Positions 20,166 to 30,482 are shown, numbered from the stretch's first letter. The stretch: 64,000 nucleotides of DNA from Planctomycetota bacterium (GCA_021852275.1 JAJZNX010000015.1:9316-73315); one strand, 5' to 3'. Program-made: numbers and translations. The notes: a model not told the origin generated them from the sequence alone.

Positions 20166-21191
20166 ATGAAATCACGTAGTATCACCGCCTTCACGCTCAT
20201 TGAATTACTGGTGGTAATTTCCATCATTGCGATTTTGATTGCAATACTGCTGCCTGCCTTGGCCGCGGCAAGGCAGGATGCAGACAAGGTGGTATGTGCA
20301 GCCAACTTGCGCAGCAATGTTCAGGCTATGATCACCTATGCCCAGGCCAATAATCAGATGTTTCCGGCGACGCCGGGACCGTTGCCGGGTGATCTTTTTG
20401 ACAACTTTCCCAGCGATCCTACCTATTGGTACGCTGGCCAGACCGCCAATACGGTGATTAAGGATTGGTACGGCGGCGGCTATCCGGGCAGTTATGGCGC
20501 GCTGACAGTTAATGATTGCGGCAATCCGCTGGCATGTATGTGGCTGTTGGTGCTGGATGGCCAAACCACGCCGCAAACATTTATCTGCCCGTCAGACCCC
20601 ATCGCTTTGGCACCATCGCTGTTATATATTCCTAAGAATCCTGGTGCCGGCGGTGCTTACGCTGATTTTTGCGTTACTGCTGCCGTGGCTGCAACCAAGG
20701 ATATGAACTATTCTGGAGTTGGCGAAAGTTATTCCATTGCCTACCCGTGGCAAACCACGGCCACTACCGGTGCCGAACCTATCGGTAATTGGTGGATGAA
20801 TAACAATGTATCCAATCTACCGCTGATGTGTGATATGGCTCCAGCCAACGGTCAAAATGGCGTGAATACCAAGACTACCTTGGCGGACAATACTGCAGGA
20901 TCAGTCATTTTCAGTTCGGGCAATCATAATGGTACCGGCGAAAATGTGGCGTTTGGCGATGACCATGTGGTATGGGAGGATAATCCATACTGCGGCCAGC
21001 ACCATGACAATATTTTCACCATGGATGTCATTGAGCCGCCTACGACCGATGATCAAACCCTTTGGTATGACCAGATTGGCATCGGGGAAGGTGCCCCCCC
21101 ATATTTTTCCAAAACGCCGCTATTGCCGCAGCAGCAGCCTTTTGACACGGTCATGGTTCCGGTACGTAACACCACCAGCGCAACCTGGTAA
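20166..21191 (+). CDS. prepilin-type N-terminal cleavage/methylation domain protein, DUF1559 family
   Basis: [45 protein letters not shown] is the class III signal and helix. The C-terminal SSGNHNGTGENVAFGDDHVVW is a variant of the H-X9-DG box (DD instead of DG). Confidence 0.85.
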   Translation: MKSRSITAFTLIELLVVISIIAILIAILLPALAAARQDADKVVCAANLRSNVQAMITYAQANNQMFPATPGPLPGDLFDNFPSDPTYWYAGQTANTVIKDWYGGGYPGSYGALTVNDCGNPLACMWLLVLDGQTTPQTFICPSDPIALAPSLLYIPKNPGAGGAYADFCVTAAVAATKDMNYSGVGESYSIAYPWQTTATTGAEPIGNWWMNNNVSNLPLMCDMAPANGQNGVNTKTTLADNTAGSVIFSSGNHNGTGENVAFGDDHVVWEDNPYCGQHHDNIFTMDVIEPPTTDDQTLWYDQIGIGEGAPPYFSKTPLLPQQQPFDTVMVPVRNTTSATW

Positions 21192-21306
21192 TCGATCCTC
21201 CGCAGCCGGCATTTGGGTTGATAACTGGGGCCGGCGTCTGGCGGCTGATGGTTTCTGGCGGTACATTGGCGCATGCAAAAGCAGTCTGTGAATTTGATCC
21301 TGATGG

Positions 21307-22227
21307 TTGATTGATAACAGCAAGATGAAAATAATGCTTGCTCCAAACCCTGCATATTTTTCTTATCAGATAGCCATGGCGTATGAGCCGGGCGTTACGC
21401 GGCGCGACCCGAGTCCGGTGATACGTGTGGGCGATATATATTTTGTGTGGTACAGTAAATCTCTGACCGATTCGAGCGGATATAACGCTACCATATTCTT
21501 TGCGACGTCTACAGATGGTCTAATCTGGCGGGAGTGTGGTGAAGCTCTGGGCCGGGGGGCCAAGGGAGCCTGGGACGAGCATGCCGTGTTCACTCCGACT
21601 ATTCTGGCAGCCGAAAATCGCTTTTATCTTTATTACACCGGCGTACCGGAGCCATTTGACAACGACAACGGCGGCTCGCAGGCTACCCCCAACGCTATCG
21701 GCGCAGCCTGGGCCGAAAATCCGCAGGGGCCATGGCAGCGATGTGGTGCCGATCCGGTGTTGCAGCCCGGTAGAGAAAAGACATTTGATTCGCATCGTGT
21801 GGATGACGCGTGCCTGATTGTACGAAGCGGTGGTTACTGGTTGTATTACAAGGGCCGGGCCGCCGGGAGTTCACCGCTGGAAACAAAAATGGGCGTGGCG
21901 ATTGCCAACCATCCGACGGGACCATACATTAAATCCGCGCTAAATCCGTTGATTGATGGCGGCCATGAGGTGTGCGTGTTTCCCAGGGAAAGCGGCGTGG
22001 CGGCGCTGGTGTCGCCGGTTGGCCCGGCCGGAGCCACCCTTCAGTATGCCGCCGACGGTTTGCATTTTCAGCAACTCTATGGGCTTATGCCTCCGGCAGC
22101 GCCAGGGCCGTACCGTGAGGATCATTATCGGGATGGCGTTGGACCAGGCATTCGTTGGGGACTTTGTCATCAGGCGGATCCCCGACAAACGCCCCGGCCG
22201 TACTTGTTGCGTTTTGATTGTCATTGA
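21307..22227 (+). CDS. five-bladed beta-propeller glycoside hydrolase-like protein (GH43/GH117-like)
   Basis: 306 aa. TRRDPSPVIRVGDIYFVWYSK and AWDEHAVFTPTILAAENRFYLYYTG resemble the first two blades of GH43/GH117-type propellers. No signal peptide. The start is uncertain (TTG 21307 or ATG 21325). Confidence 0.5.
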   Translation: MIDNSKMKIMLAPNPAYFSYQIAMAYEPGVTRRDPSPVIRVGDIYFVWYSKSLTDSSGYNATIFFATSTDGLIWRECGEALGRGAKGAWDEHAVFTPTILAAENRFYLYYTGVPEPFDNDNGGSQATPNAIGAAWAENPQGPWQRCGADPVLQPGREKTFDSHRVDDACLIVRSGGYWLYYKGRAAGSSPLETKMGVAIANHPTGPYIKSALNPLIDGGHEVCVFPRESGVAALVSPVGPAGATLQYAADGLHFQQLYGLMPPAAPGPYREDHYRDGVGPGIRWGLCHQADPRQTPRPYLLRFDCH

Positions 22228-22716
22228 TAACGTGGACAGCGCAAGGACAGGCAGGATGCGTTTAACCCGGATATTGAACAGGTTTCAGCCAGAAGTAACT
22301 TGACGGCAATGGTCAAAGGTTATTCCGGATGAGTTTTTTCAACTAAGCGTGTTCGGCGCGTTAGGCTCTGGCCCCCAACATCTTTGCCTATATTTTTGTT
22401 TCATGCGTCAATCCTGTAACCGTTCACGGCCATGCCGACAGACCAGCATTATGATAGTTACGGCGTAGCCAATATCGCATTGAACGTGCGACAATTCGGC
22501 CAGGTGACCGCAGGATAGATCGCCCCGGCTTGTGCCAGCCATGCTTTTATCCCAACCGCGATTGCTCTTCTGATCCTCTGTTCTATTTTCACCAGCTCTA
22601 TTTTGGCCCACGGCCATAATTATGTACACCCGTTGTGATACAGGCTTCCAGCCTGTCCGGTCGCCTCTTTTGTAAACGGTTACGCAATCCTTTCCTTCCT
22701 GGTGGCCTGTTACGGT

Positions 22717-22884
22717 TTAACCACTCAATGGTTCAACTACCGATACTGTAGTTAGTCTACCCAGCCGTTGGCAGGCCAGTTTGAACAACTCCTGCGGTAT
22801 ATAAGCACACCAAAGGTGCAGCACCAAGGGGCGTACACTGACTTTTATCACCGAACCGATCTTGAAGAGTTTGAGTCGGATCAT
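22717..22884 (-). pseudogene. C-terminal fragment of a DDE transposase (IS1380/IS4-superfamily-like), remnant
   Basis: Hand translation of the minus strand gives (M)IRLKLFKIGSVIKVSVRPLVLHLWCAYIPQELFKLACQRLGRLTTVSVVEPLSG*. This matches, from memory, the conserved tail TIRLKLLKIGAxVxxSVRRIxxHLxSxYPxxxLF of IS1380-type transposases. There is no room for the catalytic domain, because the upstream sequence is the beta-helix gene. Confidence 0.5.
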
Positions 22885-22912
22885 ATCCACCTGCGTGGCA
22901 AAGATGTAGAAC

Positions 22913-24769
22913 CTATCTGCTTCCCGTAACGCCCGGTGTCCAATAGGGCTGGCCTTGTTGGTAAGCGCCTAAATCGGGAGGTTGGCCGTGCACTAAAGGC
23001 GCAATACCGGCAACCATGTGGCCGGCATGAAGCGCCGGAGCGCCTGGCCTGAGCCGAAAATTGTTTCGTCGCGGATCGATCAGTTGCCGACCGGGATTTT
23101 TGCCCAGATAAAGATTGTTCATGCTCTGATAATGGACTCCCACCGGCCAATGTATCTGATTCGGCGGCGTTCGGGAAACCCACATCCGCGAGCCAACCGG
23201 CAAACAATTAAAAAGCGTGTTGTTGACGATCATTTCGTTGGCACATGGGCCATTAATACGTACGCCGGCATCTCCAGGACAATTCCAAATTACATTGTGA
23301 TCCACTATGAAATTACGGCAGCCGTTGTCCAGATATACTCCGGGGTCTGGACCGGAATTGCGATTGCCATGAATCCAGTTGAAGGCGATTCTGGTTTCAT
23401 CGCCGTTGGTACCCCAGGCGTAAATAATGCCCAGATCATGACACAGCAGACCGGCATGGTAAAAGTTATTAAATTCAATCACATCATGGTGGGGGTGAGA
23501 TAATTGAAGGATATCGCGGCCGGCATTAAAAGCCGTGTTAAACAGAACACGGTTGTCGCAACCGGTGAGAAGCTGCAGCGGGCAGGCATAGGTACCGGAA
23601 TAATCGATATCCCGGATAACATTGCGACTGACGAGGTTGTCATTTCCGTAAATAACGATGCCATTTCCGGCAGACCATGCGAGCCGACATTTTCGAATCG
23701 TGTTATGGTTTCCGGTGACTAAGATACCACATGCCTGTGAAGTTGTGTTGTATAAATAGGCTTGGCGAGGTGGATTATATTGCCCTGGATATCGGCACCG
23801 GCAATGGGTTATAATACAATGACTGCCATCTATACGTATAGCACCTGCGCGCAGAGAAAACCCGCGAATTATAACCCAGGATTGTCGCCGGATGTCCACA
23901 CACCATGTCCGCTTTTGAACGCTGATGCGGTATCGGGCTGGTGATTTGCCCGGTGCCAGTCCCAGGTACAATCGCCCAGCATGATACGCCCACTCGTTGG
24001 GCAGGCCCAGAAAGCGACGAAGGCCTATGAGGTAGCCATGACCACGTCCGGCAAACCACCAATGAGTACGATTGGCAAGTCTCAAGATACCAGTACGACT
24101 CGACGCTATTACCAGAGCCGTTTGTACAGACCAGGCCGGTCCAACCCAACCCACAAAAAGTGCACCGCGAAAATAATTGCGGCGGCGACCCGCAAATTGC
24201 GGGGCATATATCCGCCGGGTGGTAGCAAACCGGTGTTTGCCTCTGGCAGGTACCGTAACTTGTGCATCACCCATGCGAAATGGAGTGCCTGCGGCTTGTG
24301 GCGGATAGCGGGCGGGTAATATCAATCGTCCATGGAGAAACACCTGCATTAAGCCAGAGCCATATTTGTGCGGCACGAGAGCAGAATAGATATGTTTGCA
24401 GTATTGCTGCCAGGCGACGATGGTATTCGCGGCATCGATCACAACGTGGTTATGGAGATAAGGTTCAAACGTGATGGGCTGTCCGGGACGGCCCGAATGG
24501 ACAATCGTCAATGTTTGATGGTATACGCCGGTAAAGATGCGGCAGGTATCGCCTGGGCGCATTCGCCTGACGGCCGCGGCAAAAGTGCGCAAAGGCAGGC
24601 TGGAATTCAGGCCGGAATTCGTATCACTGCCGTGTTTTGAGATATAAAAGACACGTCCGATGGCCGAACCGCCGAAGGTCAACGCAAACGCCATCCATAC
24701 TATAAAATACGCGATCCATTGCCAGAACTGCGAATTGGAGCGGGGTGAATCAGATACGTAATGGATCAT
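22913..24769 (-). CDS. right-handed parallel beta-helix repeat protein (pectate-lyase fold; polysaccharide lyase/hydrolase-like), membrane-anchored
   Basis: 618 aa with an N-terminal TM helix (WIAYFIVWMAFALTFGGSAIG). It carries repeated beta-helix turns: NHNTIRKCRLAWSAGNGIVIYGNDNLVSRNVIRDI, FNTAFNAGRDILQLS, IAFNWIHGNRNSGPDPGVYLDNGCRNFIVDHNVIWNC, EMIVNNTLFN. Confidence 0.7.
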   Translation of the reverse strand: MIHYVSDSPRSNSQFWQWIAYFIVWMAFALTFGGSAIGRVFYISKHGSDTNSGLNSSLPLRTFAAAVRRMRPGDTCRIFTGVYHQTLTIVHSGRPGQPITFEPYLHNHVVIDAANTIVAWQQYCKHIYSALVPHKYGSGLMQVFLHGRLILPARYPPQAAGTPFRMGDAQVTVPARGKHRFATTRRIYAPQFAGRRRNYFRGALFVGWVGPAWSVQTALVIASSRTGILRLANRTHWWFAGRGHGYLIGLRRFLGLPNEWAYHAGRLYLGLAPGKSPARYRISVQKRTWCVDIRRQSWVIIRGFSLRAGAIRIDGSHCIITHCRCRYPGQYNPPRQAYLYNTTSQACGILVTGNHNTIRKCRLAWSAGNGIVIYGNDNLVSRNVIRDIDYSGTYACPLQLLTGCDNRVLFNTAFNAGRDILQLSHPHHDVIEFNNFYHAGLLCHDLGIIYAWGTNGDETRIAFNWIHGNRNSGPDPGVYLDNGCRNFIVDHNVIWNCPGDAGVRINGPCANEMIVNNTLFNCLPVGSRMWVSRTPPNQIHWPVGVHYQSMNNLYLGKNPGRQLIDPRRNNFRLRPGAPALHAGHMVAGIAPLVHGQPPDLGAYQQGQPYWTPGVTGSR

Positions 24770-26210
24770 CCAGATTCCTTTGTAATTGCCGCAGGACTTG
24801 CCAAAGTTTTCTGCGTACGCCGGTGTAGCGGGCCGACGGGCTTAGATTGGTGGTCTCCCATGGATCGCGTTGGAGATCAAAAAGCTGCACCATATCCACA
24901 TGAGGATAATAGATTAATTTGTGCTCCCGGGTTCGCACCGAGCGCTGAAAATCACGGTAGCGGCAGAACAAGGCCTGATGCATATTTCGCTGCGGGCCGT
25001 AAAACAGTTCAACCAGACTTGGAAACTCCACGGTGCCCGGTACAGTAAGACCAAGCAACTCATGTACCGTGGAAAAGATGCTGTGCTGATAAACCGGTAC
25101 ATCCACGATTTTCCCGACTGGTATACGGGGGCCGCGAAAGATCAACGGTACACGTACACTGCAATCATAAAGATTCTGCTTGCCCATCAGACCATGCTCG
25201 CCGACGGCCAGGCCATGATCGGATGTAAAGATGACAATGGTATTAGCCGCGTAGCCTGATTTATCCAGTGCTGCAAGCACTCTTCCCACGGCCGCATCGA
25301 GTTGTGTTACGGCGGCATAATATTCTGATCGATGCAGCCGCACGGCCTCCGGCGTCCGTGGAAATGGCGCCAGCAGTTCATCCCGGATGTGAAAATCTCC
25401 CTGATCGAATGGATGGCAGGGCCGGTAATTTGGAGGCAGCACCTGTTGACTTTGCGGATAGAGCTGGACATATTTTCTTTCCGCCTGCCGTGGATCGTGT
25501 GGCATATGAAAGCCCACGTACATACAGAACGGCTGATGAGCACCGGCTCTGGTGGATAAATATTCCTCTGCGGCCATCGCCCATACCAGGGCGGAGTGGG
25601 CGATCTTATCCGGTCCATGGCCCAGATAACGGCGTATGTTAATCCAGTTTCCTTTTTGACTTTTATCCCAGGGCTTCCAACGATTGCCCGGACCTGGGCG
25701 ATGGTAGGCGGGGCCATTGACAGGGCTGGATTCAAACATTCCGGCCGGTCCCAGAGGCCCAAAAGTGTGAAATGCCTGTTCCAGACGCGCCTGGGACAGG
25801 TGCCATTTGCCGATAAGGTGCGTATCGTAGCCCGCTTGAGTCAACGCTTCCGGCCATACGGGTACGGTTTCGGCGGCAGATTCCGCATGAAATGCGGTCA
25901 AACCGGTATGCAACATTGTACGACTGGCAATACATACCGCTGGGGTCCAAGAACCTTGATGGAACGCATGGGTGAACGCACAACCGTCTGCAACCAGGCG
26001 ATTCAAGTTGGGTGTATGCACCTTTCGGTTGTGCAATGCACCCAGGGTACGGTAAGTCATATCATCGGCAATCATCAGCAAGATGTTGGGCGGACCGGCC
26101 AACGCGGGCTGCGGTACCGAATTATGCGGCATTTGTTTTTTTTTCATAGTATATTCCGAATTATATTCATCCCATGCCAGAAATGTGAACTGCCCCCCCG
26201 CTTCAATCAT
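24750..26210 (-). CDS. sulfatase (S1 family), no obvious signal peptide
   Basis: 486 aa. PNILLMIADDMTYRTLG is the core start, TPAVCIASRTMLHTGL is a C-x-A-x-R formylglycine motif, and FTSDHG is present. The 3' end overlaps the start of the downstream beta-helix gene by 20 nt, which suggests an operon. An alternative start is MKKKQMPH at 26147. Confidence 0.8.
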   Translation of the reverse strand: MIEAGGQFTFLAWDEYNSEYTMKKKQMPHNSVPQPALAGPPNILLMIADDMTYRTLGALHNRKVHTPNLNRLVADGCAFTHAFHQGSWTPAVCIASRTMLHTGLTAFHAESAAETVPVWPEALTQAGYDTHLIGKWHLSQARLEQAFHTFGPLGPAGMFESSPVNGPAYHRPGPGNRWKPWDKSQKGNWINIRRYLGHGPDKIAHSALVWAMAAEEYLSTRAGAHQPFCMYVGFHMPHDPRQAERKYVQLYPQSQQVLPPNYRPCHPFDQGDFHIRDELLAPFPRTPEAVRLHRSEYYAAVTQLDAAVGRVLAALDKSGYAANTIVIFTSDHGLAVGEHGLMGKQNLYDCSVRVPLIFRGPRIPVGKIVDVPVYQHSIFSTVHELLGLTVPGTVEFPSLVELFYGPQRNMHQALFCRYRDFQRSVRTREHKLIYYPHVDMVQLFDLQRDPWETTNLSPSARYTGVRRKLWQVLRQLQRNLDDPLRI

Positions 26211-26296
26211 CTGGTGGTTGACTAACAGTTATTAAATCACACATTTTGCGGCAGCCTATTTCACATATTATCAAATAATTTTAGCTGAAATTTAAT

Positions 26297-26326
26297 TTGA
26301 CATCAACGCCACTTTAGTTGTAATAT
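26297..26326 (+). promoter_or_regulatory. sigma70-like promoter candidate for the lacI-family/SGNH/symporter operon
   Basis: TTGACA (26297-26302), an 18-nt spacer, then TAATAT (26321-26326), in an AT-rich divergent intergenic region. AGGAG (26372-26376) lies before the ATG at 26382. Confidence 0.4.
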
Positions 26327-26381
26327 AGCTTTATGGAACATCAATGGAATAAAAATAAAATGACTTTTAACAGGAGATCTC

Positions 26382-27479
26382 ATGGGTAGCGCCACTATAT
26401 TGGAAGTAGCGCAGGCTGCAGGTGTGGGAATCGGAACCGTATCCCGCGTGATCAATCATCCGGACACAGTTAAGTCCGCCACCGCCCAGGCCGTCCATAA
26501 GGCTATGGATGAGTTGGGATACACTCCTCCGGCTCCAGACAAACGCCGGGGCAGGCGGATCGGGCAGGCTTATCCACGAAAAGCCCCTGCTAATTTGCTG
26601 CTGTTGATTGTGGGCGAGCAAGGTCTGCGCTGGATGTTAAGTATGGCTCCGATTTATTCCGCAGTCATTGATGGTATCGAGAAAGGTGCAGCAGCGCACG
26701 GCATGAATATGCTGGTCCGGCAAACCTCCAACTGGAATGATCTCACGGCGGTGGTTGAAGACAGTACCGCCCGCGGCGCCATTCTTTTTGGTTCCCATGA
26801 GCCTCTTGGTCTTCCCCCCGGCGTTCTGCAAAGAAAACCGGCGGTCTGGGTTATGGGCAGCCCGGAACATTTTTCCGGAGATCATGTACAGCCGGACCAT
26901 ACCAAAATCGGGGTTTTGGCAGCGGAATATCTCTGCAAGCGCAAACACCTTCGCTGTGCGTATCTGGGGACCAGTGAAGGCACGCCGCAGTTTCACATCG
27001 GCTATCGAGCGACAGCTTTTCGCTGGGCCATGGAAAATGCGGGTGGTAGCGTGGACATGTTGGTTAACCCGGCGATGGTTATCAATGATAAGGAGCATAA
27101 CGCTCCCAATGAACCACTGATCGCCAAGCTGCTGCAGCGACTTGTCAGCCTGAAGCCCCGTCCGTCGGCACTGATGCTGGAAGCCGATATGCTGGCACCA
27201 GTTACCTATCGACTGCTGCAATCGCACGGTGTGGCCCCGCAAAAGGATATTACCATTGTAACCTGCAACAATGAACAGCCTTACCTGCTGTCCCTGTATC
27301 CACGGCCCGTAGTGATTGATCTTCAGGCCCAGTCCATTGGCAAACGGGCGGTGGATCAATTGCTGTGGCGCAGCGAAAACCCACGTGAGCCATCCGTGCG
27401 GGTCATGGTAGAGCCTGCATTGGTGGAACCGGGTGTGAACGGTCAAGCCGTTTTGGCCGCACGGCATAACGGACACTAA
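26382..27479 (+). CDS. LacI family transcriptional regulator
   Basis: 365 aa. The N-terminal HTH is ATILEVAQAAGVGIGTVSRVINHPDTVKSATAQAVHKAMDELGYTP, followed by a periplasmic-binding-protein-like sugar-binding body. Confidence 0.85.
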   Translation: MGSATILEVAQAAGVGIGTVSRVINHPDTVKSATAQAVHKAMDELGYTPPAPDKRRGRRIGQAYPRKAPANLLLLIVGEQGLRWMLSMAPIYSAVIDGIEKGAAAHGMNMLVRQTSNWNDLTAVVEDSTARGAILFGSHEPLGLPPGVLQRKPAVWVMGSPEHFSGDHVQPDHTKIGVLAAEYLCKRKHLRCAYLGTSEGTPQFHIGYRATAFRWAMENAGGSVDMLVNPAMVINDKEHNAPNEPLIAKLLQRLVSLKPRPSALMLEADMLAPVTYRLLQSHGVAPQKDITIVTCNNEQPYLLSLYPRPVVIDLQAQSIGKRAVDQLLWRSENPREPSVRVMVEPALVEPGVNGQAVLAARHNGH

Positions 27480-27494
27480 GGCCGGGCCAGAGTT

Positions 27495-28637
27495 GTGGAA
27501 CAAACATGGCCGGCAAACCACAGAAAATATGGGAAAAGCTCTATGCTGATTCATCAAGACGTTGGCTTGCACAACGTGACGCAACTCGAACCGGCCGAAG
27601 GTGGCGGTCTGTACCTGCGCCGTTTCCCCGCTACGGTACGCAGCAAATTTATTCCATTGGGGCGCATGGTTGCCGCGGAGTCCTCTGGAGTAGAGTTGCG
27701 TTTTGTTACCGATTCACCAAACTTTTGTCTATCTGTCGGCAGCCGCCCATCGGTGCTCGCCCCTTTCGAAAAACACCAGCAGGATATATTTATTTTCCGG
27801 GGAGCATTCCTGCATTCGTATCACCGTCTGGATCCGGGGAAAATCAACCACATCAACGTAGTGAATATTGGAAATCTCGATAAGTTCGAGGAAATAGCGG
27901 AATCGCAGCGTCTGGCCTGCGGATTTTCCTGGAAAGTGTGGCGGATATTTTTCGGGCGGTACCCGGCGATTTATCTGGGATTGGATACGTATGGCGCACC
28001 ACGGCGACCACCGCAGCCGGCAGAAGTACCGGCCCGCCGCTGGCTGGCCTACGGCTCGTCAATTACGCAAGGCGGGGCGGCGACGCTGCATCATGGTGCT
28101 TACATCTACCATGCGGCCCGTGTGGCCGGCGTGGATGTGTTCAATCAAGGGCTTTCCGGTTCGTGCCACTGCGAAGCGCATGTGGCGGATTATTTTGCAG
28201 CGCGCACCGACTGGGACATCATCACCCTGGAGATTGGTGTGAATCTGCGACCATCTACCAGTCCAACTGAGTATTGCCGACGCGTGAGCTATATGCTGGA
28301 AAAGCTGCGGCAGACGCATCCTGCAGCACCTATTGTTCTGCTGACCATTTTTCCTAATGCCGCCACGGCAGGCTACACCGCCGGCACCCATGCGGCGAAC
28401 ACCCAGAGCGAAGGCCGCTTTAACGACATCCTGCGGGAGCTTGCAGGCTGCAGCACACCGGCCAATGTACATTTAATAGAAGGCCATGAACTCCTTGATA
28501 ACTTCGGCGACTTAAGTGCCGATCTGATTCATCCCAGTGATTATGGGCACATGCGTATGGGGACGAATTTGGGATTGCGGCTGCGTCAGATTCTTGATGC
28601 CGCCTTTACAAAACCGTTACCTGCAACAGAAGGATAA
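27495..28637 (+). CDS. SGNH/GDSL-type hydrolase (carbohydrate esterase-like)
   Basis: 380 aa. Block I is WLAYGSSITQGG (GxS nucleophile), and block V is DLIHPSDYGH (DxxH). An N-terminal accessory domain of about 180 aa is present. The start is uncertain (GTG 27495 or ATG 27543). Confidence 0.65.
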   Translation: MEQTWPANHRKYGKSSMLIHQDVGLHNVTQLEPAEGGGLYLRRFPATVRSKFIPLGRMVAAESSGVELRFVTDSPNFCLSVGSRPSVLAPFEKHQQDIFIFRGAFLHSYHRLDPGKINHINVVNIGNLDKFEEIAESQRLACGFSWKVWRIFFGRYPAIYLGLDTYGAPRRPPQPAEVPARRWLAYGSSITQGGAATLHHGAYIYHAARVAGVDVFNQGLSGSCHCEAHVADYFAARTDWDIITLEIGVNLRPSTSPTEYCRRVSYMLEKLRQTHPAAPIVLLTIFPNAATAGYTAGTHAANTQSEGRFNDILRELAGCSTPANVHLIEGHELLDNFGDLSADLIHPSDYGHMRMGTNLGLRLRQILDAAFTKPLPATEG

Positions 28638-28642
28638 TTCTG

Positions 28643-30469
28643 ATGAACCTTGCCATGGTTCGCGGCTTTACCGATTGGGATTATGCCGTCATTGCCTTTT
28701 ATTTTACCTTCATGGTCAGCATTGGCCTGGTATTTCGGCACTACAGCAAAAATATAAGCGATTATTTCCGTGGCGGCGGGTCAATGCTGTGGTGGATGAG
28801 CGGGGCTTCGGCCATGATGGGGGCGCTAAGTGCGTGGTCTTTTACGGGTGCTGCCGGCGAATATTATAAGACCGGGCTTTTGCTGTATCTGGGGGTATTT
28901 TTGCCTGGTAACATAATCGGTGGATTGATCGGCATTTTTTATACCTCTTATCGCTTTCGACAGATGCGCGTTATTACATCCGTTCATGCCATTCGCCGAC
29001 GGTACGGCCCGGTCAACGAACAATTTTATGTGTGGTGTCAGGTTCCCATTAACCTGTTTTACGGCGGGCTGGTGCTCAATACGCTTAGTGTGTTCCTATG
29101 TGCGGCGTTCGGGACCAATTTGTTGGCCACTGTCATTACCACAGGCGTTATTGTATTGTTTGTAGCGTCTGCTGGAGGAGCGTGGGGCGTTATTGCCGGA
29201 GATTTTGTGCAGATGCTGGTGATGCAATCGGTGGTGCTCACCACCGCCTTTCTCACATTGCATCTGCCCCAGATTGGAGGTCTTGGGGGCTTGCTGCACC
29301 AATTGCCGGCATCGGCCTTCCACTGGACCATGTTGGTTCGCCCGCAGGTGTTGTACTTATGGCTGGGGTCCATGATTATTGGTGGAATAGTGGGTTCTTT
29401 TGACTTATCCAACGGAGCCGCCCGATTTATGACGGTCAAGGATGGCCGTAATGCGGTCAAGGCTGCCATCATGATGCTGGTCATCGGATCTGTTGGAGGC
29501 ATATTTATCATGATTCCGCCACTGGCGGCACGGGTGCTGTATCCTCACCTGCATCAGGTGGTTCCCAATCTGCATCACCCTTCGGAAGCTGCATATTTGG
29601 TGGTGGCCATGCGTGTGCTGCCCGATGGCATGTTAGGACTGCTGGTAACGGGGCTTTTTGCGGTAACCATGGCCAACATGGATACCGGTCTGAATCGCAA
29701 CGCCGGGATTTTTATTAAAAATTTTTACAGCCCCATCCTGCGTCCGCACGCTACGGAGCGAGAACTGATGCTGGCCAGCCGCGTATGCTCAATTATTTTT
29801 GGTCTTCTGATTATTGGTATCGGCATTTTGATAGCATTGTTCCGCACGGCCAATTTGTTCAACTATGTGATTGTGTTGGGGGTGTTGCTGGGTGCTCCCC
29901 TGACGGTACCGCTGGCCTGGGGCATGTTAATCAAACGCACGCCGCCGTGGGCCGCATGGAGTACGGTTCTGGCAGGCTTTTTCGTTGCCGCCATGTTTCG
30001 CTTTGCCATACCCGTGACCTGGTTTCCATACCTGATGGGATGGCATCGACCGCTTTCACCGACAGCTTCTCAGGATGTGATGTTTTTCAGCATGACATTG
30101 GTCGTTCTGATAATCGCATCCGGGTGGTACTTGTTTACAATGAGATTTGCCGACCGCTCGCCAGTGCCGTACAAAAAGGATGTGGAAATGTTTTTTAAGG
30201 ATATGAATACACCGATTGATCCGGTGGCTGAAGGTGTCCCAGGAGAGGATTATCGGCAGTGCCGCGTCATCAGCAGGTTATGTCTGGTCTACGGCTCGGC
30301 CATGCTGCTGGCCATGTTGATTCCCAACACCTTGGGGGGGCGATTATGTTTTATGGCTATCGGTACCGCCATTCTCACCATTAGTTTGTTGTTGCATCTG
30401 GCGGGGCGCAAGGCCCGGCGAACGAATGTCATAGCATCGCCCGATTCGGAGGTATCAATACAAGCGTGA
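28643..30469 (+). CDS. sodium:solute symporter (SSS) family transporter
   Basis: 608 aa with about 13-14 hydrophobic segments. The N-terminal DYFRGGGSMLWWMSGASAMMGALSAWSFTGAAGEYYKTG matches the SSS signature region. The start lies 5 nt after the SGNH stop. Confidence 0.7.
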   Translation: MNLAMVRGFTDWDYAVIAFYFTFMVSIGLVFRHYSKNISDYFRGGGSMLWWMSGASAMMGALSAWSFTGAAGEYYKTGLLLYLGVFLPGNIIGGLIGIFYTSYRFRQMRVITSVHAIRRRYGPVNEQFYVWCQVPINLFYGGLVLNTLSVFLCAAFGTNLLATVITTGVIVLFVASAGGAWGVIAGDFVQMLVMQSVVLTTAFLTLHLPQIGGLGGLLHQLPASAFHWTMLVRPQVLYLWLGSMIIGGIVGSFDLSNGAARFMTVKDGRNAVKAAIMMLVIGSVGGIFIMIPPLAARVLYPHLHQVVPNLHHPSEAAYLVVAMRVLPDGMLGLLVTGLFAVTMANMDTGLNRNAGIFIKNFYSPILRPHATERELMLASRVCSIIFGLLIIGIGILIALFRTANLFNYVIVLGVLLGAPLTVPLAWGMLIKRTPPWAAWSTVLAGFFVAAMFRFAIPVTWFPYLMGWHRPLSPTASQDVMFFSMTLVVLIIASGWYLFTMRFADRSPVPYKKDVEMFFKDMNTPIDPVAEGVPGEDYRQCRVISRLCLVYGSAMLLAMLIPNTLGGRLCFMAIGTAILTISLLLHLAGRKARRTNVIASPDSEVSIQA

Positions 30470-30482
30470 CTTGCCGGGCAGG

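Noticed and set aside
22408-22629. A 73-aa ORF between the GH43-like gene and the transposase remnant. I considered whether it is part of the same decayed IS.
   Set aside because: Only a vague resemblance (LSCGHLAELSHVQ... versus the SCHRF.ANQFRL box) was seen, and the position is wrong relative to the C-terminal fragment. The support is insufficient.
26637-27584. A 315-aa ORF on the minus strand.
   Set aside because: It is antisense to the LacI-family regulator, which has a textbook HTH. No motif was recognised in the antisense product.
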